Positions 1 through 9,338 of a DNA stretch of 64,000 bases are shown here, piece by piece. The DNA lies in NCBI GenBank assembly GCA_003021005.1, contig PXRI01000027.1, positions 1,480 to 65,479 on the forward strand, read 5' to 3'. Position numbers and translations under genes: made by a program. Every line of letters starts with the position of its first letter. Within the stretch, counting starts at the first letter, position 1. This DNA comes from Halobacteriales archaeon QS_1_69_70 (GTDB taxonomy: Archaea; Halobacteriota; Halobacteria; Halobacteriales; Haloarculaceae). Under the pieces are notes generated by a model. The model saw nothing but the letters and a program-made list of their open reading frames with translations. It ran no database searches and was not told the origin of the DNA.

Positions 1-578
1 CGCCGGTCCGGGTCCAGCGGGCCGCCCCGAACGACGCCGACGACGTCTCCGCCTACCTCGTCCCGGCGCCGGACCGGCGCGTCCGCGAGCCGGCCGTCAC
101 CGACGACGGCACGCTCCTGTTCGACGTCGGCGCGAACCTCTACGGCGCCCTCGGCGAGGCGCTGGTGGTCGGCACCGGGGACTCGCCACCGCTTTTGGCC
201 CACTACGCCGCGCGTGACCTAGAGCTCCCACAGGAGGCGATCGAGGTCCGCGTCGAGGCGGACGCCGACGCCGTCGCGGCCCCGTCGGGCGGCGGCGACG
301 CGGCACGCTGGCAGCCGGACTGCGTCGCGACGGTCCGACGATCGGGCGGCGACGCCGTGCTCGCGGAGTACCGGTGTGAGGTCAAGGCCGGCGACGCCGG
401 TCTCGAGCGCAGCCAGCGCGCCGCGATGGGCAGCGTCGCCGACGACGTCACGGTCCTCGTCGTCCGGGTGTCGCTCGCGGACCTGCCGGACCGCTACGCC
501 GCGACTGTCGAGGAGATCGCTGGCCGGGGCGAGTCGGCCGCGTCCGGGGCGCGGCGGACGCGACTCGACGAGTTCTGA
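1..578 (+). CDS. 5'-truncated putative PD-(D/E)XK-family nuclease
   Basis: Frame is open from the window edge. Motifs GALGE ... WQPDCV ... EVKAG...SQ match the PD-(D/E)XK catalytic pattern. C-terminus RRTRLDEF. Confidence 0.55.
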   Translation, partial: PVRVQRAAPNDADDVSAYLVPAPDRRVREPAVTDDGTLLFDVGANLYGALGEALVVGTGDSPPLLAHYAARDLELPQEAIEVRVEADADAVAAPSGGGDAARWQPDCVATVRRSGGDAVLAEYRCEVKAGDAGLERSQRAAMGSVADDVTVLVVRVSLADLPDRYAATVEEIAGRGESAASGARRTRLDEF

Positions 579-619
579 GGGCCGGCCGACGGGCCGGTCC
601 GGCTCGATAGCGCGGCGGT

Positions 620-1600
620 TCAGAAGTCGCCCAGCGTGGACTGGTTCCGCTTGAGCGCGCGGGCCTCGATGCCGAGCCGCGAGCGGATCTCCGTCGCCAG
701 GTCGTCGGCGAACCCGTGCTGGGTGTACACTGTCTCGGGGTCGACGGCCGCGACGAGGTCGAGCAGTTCCGTGAAGTCACAGTGGTCGGAGAGGGGGAAG
801 GCGGCGTCGACGCCGGCCTGGAACCGGTAGCTGTCGTCGACCGCCCACCCGGAGAAGGCGGCCGTGATGGCGTCGGTGGCCTCGACGATGGCGTCGACGA
901 ACGCGAGCCGGGTCGTCTGGCTCGGGAGGACCAGGACGTCGTCGGGGCCGAGGTCGACGTCGTCGTCGTAGACCTCGGCGTCGAAGGCGAGATCCTGACA
1001 CCGCTCGAGGACCGCGTTGATCTCCGCGATGGCCGTCGAGACGTAGAGGCCGTCCCGCCGGGAGCGCTCGACGAGCCGCTGGAGCTCCTGGGCGCGGCCG
1101 AGCGTGTAGCCGAACAGCACGAGCGGCGTCGGCCGGGTCTCCTGGAGCCACTCGACGATCCTGGCCTCGGCGTCGGCCTGGGCCGGGAACTCGTAGGTCG
1201 GCCGGCCGTAGGTCGCCTCGACGACGAGGACGTCGGCCTCGACCGGCTCGAACCCCGACAGGAAGAACCGATCGCGGGTCGAGACGTCGCCGGTGTAGAG
1301 GATCCGGCGGTCGCCGTCCTCCAGCAGCGCCGCCCGCGACCCGGGAATGTGCCCGGCCGGGAAAAGCCTGACGTGGGGGTGACCGCCGCCGGCGGGGACC
1401 GGTTCGTCGGCGCGCCGGACGGCGGCCAGTTCGGCGGTGGTCTCGGACCACAGTACCGAATCCGGTGGCGCGTCGTAGAGGTGGTCGCCGTGGGCGTGGC
1501 TCACGAAGTTCACGTCGCCCGCCGGCCGGGTGGCGTCGGCCACGAACGTCTCGCCGGCGTCGAAGTGGATCTCGATGCCGTCCCGCAACCGGACGTTCAC
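620..1600 (-). CDS. MBL-fold/beta-CASP nuclease (ligase-associated exonuclease-like)
   Basis: SHAHGDH (HxHxDH), AGHIPGS, YTGD, EATYG, LGRAQ, PLSDHCD and TQHG motifs. Likely GTG start at 1600; the longer ORF N-terminus looks non-coding. Confidence 0.85.
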   Translation of the reverse strand: MNVRLRDGIEIHFDAGETFVADATRPAGDVNFVSHAHGDHLYDAPPDSVLWSETTAELAAVRRADEPVPAGGGHPHVRLFPAGHIPGSRAALLEDGDRRILYTGDVSTRDRFFLSGFEPVEADVLVVEATYGRPTYEFPAQADAEARIVEWLQETRPTPLVLFGYTLGRAQELQRLVERSRRDGLYVSTAIAEINAVLERCQDLAFDAEVYDDDVDLGPDDVLVLPSQTTRLAFVDAIVEATDAITAAFSGWAVDDSYRFQAGVDAAFPLSDHCDFTELLDLVAAVDPETVYTQHGFADDLATEIRSRLGIEARALKRNQSTLGDF

Positions 1601-1729
1601 GGTGGCGTTCCCTTGCCGCCGCCCGGTGAAGTGTCCATCGAGTCCGGCAGCCCGGACGCCCGCGGGTACCGGAATTCCGGAAGCGACCGGACAGCCTACA
1701 CGTGGGAGGCGCCCCTCGGGTGGCATACG

Positions 1730-1858
1730 ATGGGCGAGGACACACGGTCGTCGGCAGCGCGGCGGACCTGTCTCGGCTGCGGCGCGACGTTCTGGCTCTC
1801 CGAGCGGCACTGCGACGAGTGGGGCACCGTCTGCCCGGCGTGCGGCGAGTACGCGTGA
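1730..1858 (+). CDS. small CPxCG-type zinc-finger protein (42 aa)
   Basis: MGEDTRSSAARRTCLGCGATFWLSERHCDEWGTVCPACGEYA has CxxC and CPxCG knuckles typical of haloarchaeal micro-proteins. Confidence 0.65.
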   Translation: MGEDTRSSAARRTCLGCGATFWLSERHCDEWGTVCPACGEYA

Positions 1859-1948
1859 CCCCCGCGACGGCGCTTTGGGTGTCTGTCGTCGCGGGCGGTC
1901 GGCCGCTCGATGGCAGACGTTACGTGGCCGGCGGCCCACTCCCGCCGT

Positions 1949-2788
1949 ATGCTACAGGTCGGAGCCCACGTCTCGATCGGTGACGGATTCGACGCCGCAG
2001 TCGCCACACAGCGGGACCTCGGCGGCACCGTCGGCCAGGTGTTCGCCGGCTCGCCGCGCACCTGGAGCGTCAAGGACGTCGACGAGGACCACCGGGCGGC
2101 GTTCCAGGACGCGCTGGGCGAGGACGCCGGGCCCTGGATCGTCCACGGCACCTATCTCATCAACTTCGCGACGCCGAAGGAAGACCTCGCGGTCAAGTCA
2201 GTCGACACCGTGCAGGGCGAGCTGGATGCCTGCGCGACGCTCGGCATCCCTTACTACGTGTTCCACCCCGGCGCCCATACCGGCGCGGGCGCCGAGACCG
2301 GCGTCGAGAACGTCGCCGACCGGCTCTCGGAACTCGACGTCCCGGCGGAGACGACGCTGTTGCTCGAGAACACCGCCGGGAAGGGGACCACCGTCGGGAA
2401 GACGATGGAACAGCTCGACCGGATGGTCCGGGAGTCCGACCACGACTACGGCGACCTCCAGGTGTGTCTGGACTCCTGTCACCTCTTCGCGGCCGGCTAC
2501 GACTTCCGGACCGCCGAGGGTATGGACGACCTCGTCGAGGAGGTCGACGACGACGTCGGCCTCGAGAACGTCGCCTACCTGCACCTGAACGACTCCAAAC
2601 ACCCGCTGGGCTCGGAGAAGGACGAACACGCCCACGTCGGCGAGGGCGAGATCGGCGAGGCCGGCTTCGAGCAGTTCGTCAACCACGAGGCCTTCCGCGA
2701 GTTGCCGATGGTCCTGGAGACGCCGATCGACGACGACCGGGGGTACGCCTGGAACATCGAGAAGATCAGTGAACTGTACGACGAGTGA
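1949..2788 (+). CDS. nfo: endonuclease IV (AP endonuclease)
   Basis: VGAHVS, HGTYLIN, FHPG, LLENTAG, CLDSCHLFAAG, HLNDSK, DEHAH and LETP motifs. Confidence 0.93.
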   Translation: MLQVGAHVSIGDGFDAAVATQRDLGGTVGQVFAGSPRTWSVKDVDEDHRAAFQDALGEDAGPWIVHGTYLINFATPKEDLAVKSVDTVQGELDACATLGIPYYVFHPGAHTGAGAETGVENVADRLSELDVPAETTLLLENTAGKGTTVGKTMEQLDRMVRESDHDYGDLQVCLDSCHLFAAGYDFRTAEGMDDLVEEVDDDVGLENVAYLHLNDSKHPLGSEKDEHAHVGEGEIGEAGFEQFVNHEAFRELPMVLETPIDDDRGYAWNIEKISELYDE

Positions 2789-2809
2789 ACGCGGGGCAAG
2801 GGACCGGGG

Positions 2810-3178
2810 TCAGGCCTCGACCGGGTGCAGCACGCCGGGCTCGTCGGCGGCCAGTTCGTCGACGCGGACGCCATCCGGCAGCAGCCGGTCGACGTGGGCC
2901 GGACACAGCGAGACCGATCCCTCGATGGTGAGGTACTCGACCAGCCGCGGGCTCCCGTCGTCGGCCTCGATGAGGCAGTCGACCCGCGGCAGGAGGTAGG
3001 TCCCGGCCCCCTCGCAGAACGCACAGCCGTTGTCCTGGTGCCACGCCGGGTCGCCGAGGACGCCGCCGAACGCCTCGGCCTCGCAGTCCTCGCAGTACAG
3101 CCCGACCTCCTCGCCGGTCAGCCGGTTGACCAGCACGCGGTTGACGACGCCGGGGTCGGGACAGCTGAGACAGTCCAT
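2810..3178 (-). CDS. hypothetical Cys-rich (zinc-binding) protein
   Basis: CLSC, CEDC, CAFC and CPAH pairs; acidic composition; ATG at 3178. Confidence 0.65.
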   Translation of the reverse strand: MDCLSCPDPGVVNRVLVNRLTGEEVGLYCEDCEAEAFGGVLGDPAWHQDNGCAFCEGAGTYLLPRVDCLIEADDGSPRLVEYLTIEGSVSLCPAHVDRLLPDGVRVDELAADEPGVLHPVEA

Positions 3179-3426
3179 GGGGTCGGGTCGACTCGGAGTT
3201 CCAACTCTAGCGCACCGCCTATTAAACGTATTCCCGAGCACGCTGGTGGACCGCCCCCGAGTTCTTCACGTCGGGCGGTCGGGTGGCGGACGAGGGAACA
3301 TGACAACTGTCTCCGAAGCCCTCTGCTAGCTCGCGGCCCACGAATGGTTCGTGTGTGGAGGGGCGACGGACGACCACCCGGAAAGTCCTCGGCGGGTCTG
3401 CTGAACCTGCAGGACCCACCACGCCC

Positions 3427-3873
3427 GAAGCCCTCGGCCGGCTACGGTCGCGCGGCTCGCTGCGCGCGCTCCCTCCGGTCGCGTGCTTACTTCGCCGTGC
3501 TTCCCGTACCCGGCTCACGGCTCCCTTCGGTCGCCGTTCGCACTCGAGGCGTCTCGCTTTGCTCGACGCCTCGCCGGCCTCGCCCTTCGATTCCACCAGG
3601 ACCGCACCGCTCCACACCCACCCTCGGACCTCCCCAGCCGACTCCCTCACCCTCGCTTGCGCTCGGGTTCGGTCGCCCCTCGCGCACGACGTTTCGACCG
3701 CCGCTTGCGGGTGCTAGCGGCGGTCGAGGCGCGCACGCCACGCCGACCGTTCAGTCTCCTGGTGGACTGAAAGGGCGAGGCGCGCTGGCGGCGTAGCGTA
3801 GTCGCTGAGCAGGCCCTATCCGACCGAAGGGAGGATATCCTGCTCAGCGACCGCGAGCGCGCCGAGGGCTTTC
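3427..3873. repeat. inverted pair of haloarchaeal intergenic hairpin elements
   Basis: 3427-3601 (minus) reads GGTGGAATCGAAGGGCGAGG...GCCGAGGGCTTC; 3757-3873 (plus) reads GGTGGACTGAAAGGGCGAGG...GCCGAGGGCTTTC. Interiors are nested hairpins. Confidence 0.75.
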
Positions 3874-4017
3874 GAGGTGGTGCGGTCTTGTTGTTATCGT
3901 GTACGGGTGTGTTCGCTAGCCGGCTGAGGGCTTTCGAGGTGGGGGCGGTTCGGTCGTTCCTCCGAACGGTTTCGCTTGCACGCTTGCTTCGAAATCGCCT
4001 GAACTCCACCCGTTTCG

Positions 4018-6126
4018 TCAGTACGCGGTGATGGCGGCGTCCTGGGTGTCGGCGAGGTACCGGCGGATCCGCGCTCTATCCCACCCCAGCGGCGACACGA
4101 CACTTTCGGCCGCTCGGACGAGCAGGTCGGCGTAGAACGCCGCGTCGTACCGGTCGACGTCCTCGTGGGCCAGCCGGACGCGGGCCGCCGAGCGCTTGTC
4201 GTCGTCGACGACGACGTACTCGACGTCCTCGCCGGGCGGGACGCTGAACTCCTGGACGGCGGCCCGCTCGAGTGCGGCGGCGTTCCGGGTGTACCGGCCG
4301 TACTCGGCGAGGTCCTGGGAGACCCGCCGCCGGATGCGGAGGGCGTCGGGGTCGACGTCGCCGGCGCGGAGGTCGGCGAGTTGGACCGCCAGCCGGTCGC
4401 AGACCGGTTCGGGCGCCCGGGTCTCGTCGAGGGTCTCCAGCCACGTCGCCTGGCAGTCCTCGACGAACGGCGGCGTGCTCCGCTGGCGGAGTTCGATGCC
4501 GCGCTGCTTGAAGCCGTCGCCGTCGGCGCGCTTCCCGAAGTAGCGGTTCAGGGCGCCCTCCTCGCTGTCTTTCCGGGGGACGAAGGCGATCCAGTCGAAG
4601 GCGCCCTCGTACTCGAGCGTGATCCCGACCTCGTCGGTGACCGCGCGGGCGACGGCTTCGAGGGGCGTCTGCTCGCGGTCGGGCATCGCCTGCACCCAGA
4701 GGCTGTCGACGATGCCGTGGACGACGCGCCAGCCGTGGCCCTCGAGGGTCGCCTTCGCGTCCAGGAGGATCTCGCGGGCGACGGCGTTGATCGCCTCGTG
4801 GCACTCGATCCGGCCGAACTTCGCATTGCTGAACCCCTGGTAGCCGAAGCAGGAGACGAGGATCCACTTCAGCGCGCTCGCACGGCCCCCCAGCGCGGCG
4901 GCGCGCTCGGCGTCGTCGGTGGCCGCGCTCTGTTCTTTGTACCGCTTGCGGTCGGTGACGATGGGCTCCAGCACGTCGCGGATGTAGCCCTCGTCGTCGC
5001 AGATGCTGTAGCCGAGGCCGGGGACGTCCTCGCGGTCGGCGTGGCAGTCACACCGGATGACGTCGGGGCTGACGTTCCGCGTGATCATGATGTTCGGGTA
5101 CAGCGACGCGAAGTCGAGTTCGTGGACGGTCTCGTGGAGGCCGACGTCCGGCGAGAAGATGAAGCCGCCGCGGTCGGCCGCCTGCAGCGTCGTCATCGGC
5201 TTGAACCGTTCGTGGCGCCAGGAGTTCCACGGCACCAGGACGCCGCGGTCGGTCGCCACCCGGATCTGGATCGAGGTCAGGACGTTCCCGATGCTCGCCC
5301 AGGCGGTCTCCTGGAGCGGCTTCCGGGCGCGCTCGACCAGATCGAGGAGACCGCTGACGTTCGTCTGCCGCCAGAAGAAGGAGTTCGAGACGTCGACGAT
5401 CGCCCGCCCGGGGACGTTGTACCGCGCCGGCGAGTGGCCGACGCGGCCGTAGCTCTCGTAGGTCGACTCGGCGGCGAGCCGCTCCCAGCCGGGCCGCCGC
5501 CCGAGTTCGAACCCGGCGCGGTCGTGCTCGCGGGCCTTCCGGTAGAGGAGCGGCACGAGGTCGCCGGCGCTCACCACCAGCACGTCGGGGTCCCGCGCGG
5601 CGAGGGCGGTGGCGACGGCGTCGAGGACGTCGCCCTCGGTGTCGCCGGCAGCCTCGCCGTCGACGGTCAGTCCGGCGACGTCGCCGTCGTTCAGCGCCTT
5701 CGGCGACAGCCGCAGCGCGAGGGTCGACGGCGGCCGGTCGGCCGGCGGCGTCGGGTCGACGCCGCACTCGAGGCAGTACCGGAACTCCCGGGCGAAGTCG
5801 ACGTTGAACAGCCGGTAGGTGCCCGGGTCGCCCCAGCCGCGGACCTCGTGGGCGACGTCGGTGAGCGACTCGAGCGTCGTCGCGTCGATGCGGACCACCG
5901 GCTCGGGGTCGTGCCGCCACACCGTCCGCCAGCGCTCGACGTCGGTCGCGGCGACGCCCGGGTGCGAGTCCAGGTGCGATTCGGCCTCGGCCAGCGACGC
6001 GTCGGCACCGTGGGCGGCGACGTAGCACGTCGGCGTGTAGTCGGTGTCGACCGTACACTCGACGCCGTCGTCGGTCAGCGACCACCGGTGGACGTCGCCG
6101 TCGCGGTAGTCGATCTTGAACGTCAT
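4018..6126 (-). CDS. polB2: family B DNA polymerase, PolB2 group
   Basis: DFASLYPNIM (motif A), KWILVSCFGY (motif B), HGIVDS in place of YGDTDS (PolB2 signature); degenerate exonuclease region. Confidence 0.9.
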   Translation of the reverse strand: MTFKIDYRDGDVHRWSLTDDGVECTVDTDYTPTCYVAAHGADASLAEAESHLDSHPGVAATDVERWRTVWRHDPEPVVRIDATTLESLTDVAHEVRGWGDPGTYRLFNVDFAREFRYCLECGVDPTPPADRPPSTLALRLSPKALNDGDVAGLTVDGEAAGDTEGDVLDAVATALAARDPDVLVVSAGDLVPLLYRKAREHDRAGFELGRRPGWERLAAESTYESYGRVGHSPARYNVPGRAIVDVSNSFFWRQTNVSGLLDLVERARKPLQETAWASIGNVLTSIQIRVATDRGVLVPWNSWRHERFKPMTTLQAADRGGFIFSPDVGLHETVHELDFASLYPNIMITRNVSPDVIRCDCHADREDVPGLGYSICDDEGYIRDVLEPIVTDRKRYKEQSAATDDAERAAALGGRASALKWILVSCFGYQGFSNAKFGRIECHEAINAVAREILLDAKATLEGHGWRVVHGIVDSLWVQAMPDREQTPLEAVARAVTDEVGITLEYEGAFDWIAFVPRKDSEEGALNRYFGKRADGDGFKQRGIELRQRSTPPFVEDCQATWLETLDETRAPEPVCDRLAVQLADLRAGDVDPDALRIRRRVSQDLAEYGRYTRNAAALERAAVQEFSVPPGEDVEYVVVDDDKRSAARVRLAHEDVDRYDAAFYADLLVRAAESVVSPLGWDRARIRRYLADTQDAAITAY

Positions 6127-6527
6127 GCGTCCCCGCCGTCGGCCGTCGTCGCGGCGCCCGCGCCGGCCGGGGCGCCGGGTTCGTCGGCGCCGGCCGGCGG
6201 ATCGGCGACCCGGCCCTCCAGTCCGTCGATGCGGGCCTCCAGCTCGCCGGTGCGGCCGTCGAGTTCGGCGGTGTCGTCCTCTAGTTCGGCGATGCGTCCG
6301 TCGAGTTCGGCGAGCCGCTTCTCCTGGCCCAGCAGCATCGACACGAGGATGGGCTCCATCGGGTCGTCGTTGTTCAGGTAGCCGGCGGCGTCGGCGTGGG
6401 CGTCGGCGTACTCGAACAGCCGGTCGAAGGGCGTCTGGTCCCGCCGGCGGAGCGCCCGGCGGTAGTCGCCCCAGCGGGACTTCACCGCCTCCAGGACGTT
6501 CCGGAACGTCGGGTTAGTGCGGCCCAA
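6123..6527 (-). CDS. PolB2-associated small protein
   Basis: MGRTNPTFR...RRALRRRDQ..FDRLFEYA N-terminus typical of the small gene preceding polB2; overlaps the polB2 start by 4 nt; coiled-coil tail. Confidence 0.8.
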   Translation of the reverse strand: MGRTNPTFRNVLEAVKSRWGDYRRALRRRDQTPFDRLFEYADAHADAAGYLNNDDPMEPILVSMLLGQEKRLAELDGRIAELEDDTAELDGRTGELEARIDGLEGRVADPPAGADEPGAPAGAGAATTADGGDA

Positions 6528-7221
6528 CGCGCGCCACCTCCCGGGGCTCGACGGCCGCCTCGGTCCCCGCTTCCGGGCCCGCCGACAGCGCCGCGGCGTG
6601 CCGCCGCTCGAGGACGCGGCGCCAGAACGCGAGCGTGGTCTGGACGCCGCCGGGCCGCTCGTAGACGAGCGTCTCGAACGCCTCGCCGGTGAACCGTGGG
6701 CCGAACCGGGTGTGGACGCACTCCAGGGTCCGGTCGCAGCGGCCGGCGACCGCTTCGCCGAGGCCGGCGCGGCCGGTCTTCGAGACCAGCACGGGGACGT
6801 CGCGGCGGGCGGCGACGGTCTCGAGGCAGTCGAGCGCGCCCGCGAGCATCGTCTCGCCCTCGCCGGTCCGGAGGTCGTCGGCGCCGTAGAACCAGTCGAC
6901 CGCCGGCGCGACGACCAGCCCGGTCGCCGGCGTCATCGGGCCCTCGACGTCCTCGAGCAGGCTGTAGTGCTGGAACGCGGTGAACGCCCGCGCGACGCGG
7001 ATGCGGTCGAGGACCCGTGGGCTCGGCGCGACCTTCGAAAGCGACGTCGTCGCCGCGTTGTTCTCCGCGTCCACCCACACCGCCTCGGCGTCCCCGAGCA
7101 GGACGTGGTCGAGCGCGAGTGACTGCAGCGCCCCGGCCGCCTGCCCGTCGGTCTCGAGGAGCGTCAGCCCCGGGTCGAGGTCGGGGAACGTCGGCTCGTC
7201 CGCCAGCGTCGTGTGCGCCAT
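6514..7221 (-). CDS. inactive RecA/RadA-like protein of the PolB2 cassette
   Basis: AVWVDA, LDRIRVARAFTAFQH and RecA-fold remnants without an intact Walker A; first gene of the cassette. Confidence 0.8.
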   Translation of the reverse strand: MAHTTLADEPTFPDLDPGLTLLETDGQAAGALQSLALDHVLLGDAEAVWVDAENNAATTSLSKVAPSPRVLDRIRVARAFTAFQHYSLLEDVEGPMTPATGLVVAPAVDWFYGADDLRTGEGETMLAGALDCLETVAARRDVPVLVSKTGRAGLGEAVAGRCDRTLECVHTRFGPRFTGEAFETLVYERPGGVQTTLAFWRRVLERRHAAALSAGPEAGTEAAVEPREVARVGPH

Positions 7222-7307
7222 GGCCGAGGGGTGGACCGGCGGCCGCAAGAGCGCGGCCGAGGCGGTTCCGGGCTTCCGGGGACGGCCGAACCGGCGGCCG
7301 GGCCGTG

Positions 7308-7384
7308 GGCGTCGCGGAACCGCCCCGGAAAGGGGACCGGCCCGGCGGCGTCGCGGACAGCCCCGGAAAGGGGGCCGGGCCGGG
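7308..7384. repeat. imperfect ~39-bp tandem duplication upstream of the PolB2 cassette
   Basis: GGCGTCGCGGAACCGCCCCGGAAAGGGGACCGG followed by GGCGTCGCGGACAGCCCCGGAAAGGGGGCCGG. Confidence 0.6.
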
Positions 7385-7406
7385 GCCGTCGGCGGCGTCG
7401 GCCGCC

Positions 7407-8324
7407 TCACTGGCCGCGGGTTCCGAGCAGGCCACCGGTCCGCTCGGTCCACGTCGCGATGCTCGGGTCGACGCCGACGCCCCCGCGCGAGACCCGGAGC
7501 CAGCCGACGACCAGGAGGTACGTGACCGGGTACAGGACGAGCGCCGGTGCCATCGCGTCGACGCCGGGGACGGTGCCGGTCACTTGGACGACCGCGCGGG
7601 CCCGTTCGGGGTCGGCGAACATCGGGCCGGCGGCGAAGCTGCTGGCCCAGTGGACGCCGATGGTCGCCGCCAGGTCGCCGGTGTGGACGTACAGCAGCCC
7701 GAAGACGGCGCCGCCGAGGGCCGTCGACGCCGCGTCGATCACTGTCGGCGTCCCGTGGATCGCGGTGAAGAACAGGACGCCGACCAGCCAGCCGCCGAGC
7801 ACGGCTCGATGGCGGCCGACGCCGCGGGCGTGGAACCCCTCCGCAGCGACGGCGAGCACGATGGCGAAGAACACGACGTCCTGCACCCAGGTGTTGATGG
7901 CCAAGGACGCGAAGACGCCGACGACGCCGGCCACCTCGTCCCCGTCCAATGCCGGGCCCGCAGCGAGATCGAACCAGCCGAGGCTCGCCGCGAGACCGTG
8001 CCAGCCGGTCCAGACCGCGAGGCCCGCGAGGAGTGCGACGCCGAGGTCCGAAACCCACCGCCGGGAGGCGACGACGCCGTAGTCACTGATCGGTCGGCGG
8101 TCGACGAGCGCCGCCCAGGCCACCAGCAGGACGAGGAAGATGAGGCCCTGGACGGGGCCGCCGGCGACCATTCCGCGTAGCCCGATGGCCGCCTGGACCC
8201 GCGCGGCGAGGAGGCCGACGAGCGGCAACAGCGGCACCGCCAAAAGGACCCGCCAGGTCGCGCGGAGCCGGGTGGTCTCGGTGCCGATCGCGGCTCGACG
8301 GAGGGTCGCCGTCGCCCGGGCCAT
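7407..8324 (-). CDS. CPBP (CAAX protease/Abi) family membrane protein
   Basis: Multiple TM helices; FTAIH and TGDLAATIGVH motifs. The EExxxR motif appears replaced by QDVVFF. Confidence 0.75.
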   Translation of the reverse strand: MARATATLRRAAIGTETTRLRATWRVLLAVPLLPLVGLLAARVQAAIGLRGMVAGGPVQGLIFLVLLVAWAALVDRRPISDYGVVASRRWVSDLGVALLAGLAVWTGWHGLAASLGWFDLAAGPALDGDEVAGVVGVFASLAINTWVQDVVFFAIVLAVAAEGFHARGVGRHRAVLGGWLVGVLFFTAIHGTPTVIDAASTALGGAVFGLLYVHTGDLAATIGVHWASSFAAGPMFADPERARAVVQVTGTVPGVDAMAPALVLYPVTYLLVVGWLRVSRGGVGVDPSIATWTERTGGLLGTRGQ

Positions 8325-8470
8325 GGCGGCTCCTGCGGGGCGGCGCCCATAGTGTTGTGTGCCGACTCGTCGCTCGACCCGCGATCGAGGCGTGGTTCGG
8401 GAGGGATATCGCGCCCCGCCGACGCGCAGTCAGTACCTTCTTGGGCGCGCGAAGCGTCCCTTCCGCGCAG

Positions 8471-9226
8471 ATGGGAACGACGACGTGGGAGGACCCAACC
8501 GTCGAGGCGACCGTCGCCACGCTGGAGGAGGCCGTCCGGGCCGGCGACACCATCACCGTCTTCGCCGAGTGCGAGGTCGAGTACGACGGCCGGGCGACCG
8601 GCTACCTCGGCCCCGGCGAGCGCGTGATCCTCCTCAAGCCGGACGGGACCCTGCTCGTCCACCGGCCGGCGGGCAACGACCCGGTCAACTGGCAGCCGCC
8701 GGGTAGCACCGTCACCGCCGACGTGGCGGACGGCGACCCCGTCATCACGGCCCGCCGCTCGGCGCCGGACGAACTCGTCCGGGTGTTCCTCCGGGACACC
8801 TACCAGCTGACGACCTTCGCCGCCGACGACACCGCGCCGCTGGAACTCGACGGCACCGAGACGGACATGCACGAGTACATCCTCGAACACCCCGCGGCGG
8901 TCGACGACGGCCTCCGCGCCATCGAGCACGAGCGCGACACCCCGTACGGCACCATCGACGTCTACGGCACCGACGACGCGGGCCGCCCGGTCGTCATCGA
9001 GGTCAAGCGGCGGCAGGCGTCGCTCACCCACGTCGACCAGCTCAACCGGTACATGGAGCAGTTCCGCGCGTCCAACCCCGACGCCCGCGGCATCCTCGTC
9101 GCCCCGGCGGCGAGTTCGCGCGTCCGGCGGAGCCTCCGGGAGAACGACCTCGAGTTCGTCGCGCTCGACGAGTTCGCGACGAACCGCGGCGAAGTCGCTT
9201 CGACGACGTTCGAGGACTTCCAGTAA
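8471..9226 (+). CDS. nucS: mismatch-specific endonuclease NucS/EndoMS
   Basis: CEVEYDGRA, LKPDGTLLVH, PVNWQP, ETDM, IDV, IEVKR and QLNRY motifs. Confidence 0.93.
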   Translation: MGTTTWEDPTVEATVATLEEAVRAGDTITVFAECEVEYDGRATGYLGPGERVILLKPDGTLLVHRPAGNDPVNWQPPGSTVTADVADGDPVITARRSAPDELVRVFLRDTYQLTTFAADDTAPLELDGTETDMHEYILEHPAAVDDGLRAIEHERDTPYGTIDVYGTDDAGRPVVIEVKRRQASLTHVDQLNRYMEQFRASNPDARGILVAPAASSRVRRSLRENDLEFVALDEFATNRGEVASTTFEDFQ

Positions 9227-9338
9227 GCCGCGCGGCTGACGCCTGGCTGACGATCCGGCGGCGGAGCCGGCTCGAGCGAGCCGTTCGACCGCCTGCAGGC
9301 GGTGAGGTTTTATACCGCGTCGGAGTAGGTCGGCCACC

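Noticed and set aside
4165-6381. Long antisense and alternate-frame ORFs (also 15594-17789, 18036-19841, 57647-60382)
   Set aside because: Shadow ORFs expected at very high GC, opposite well-supported genes and without recognisable motifs.
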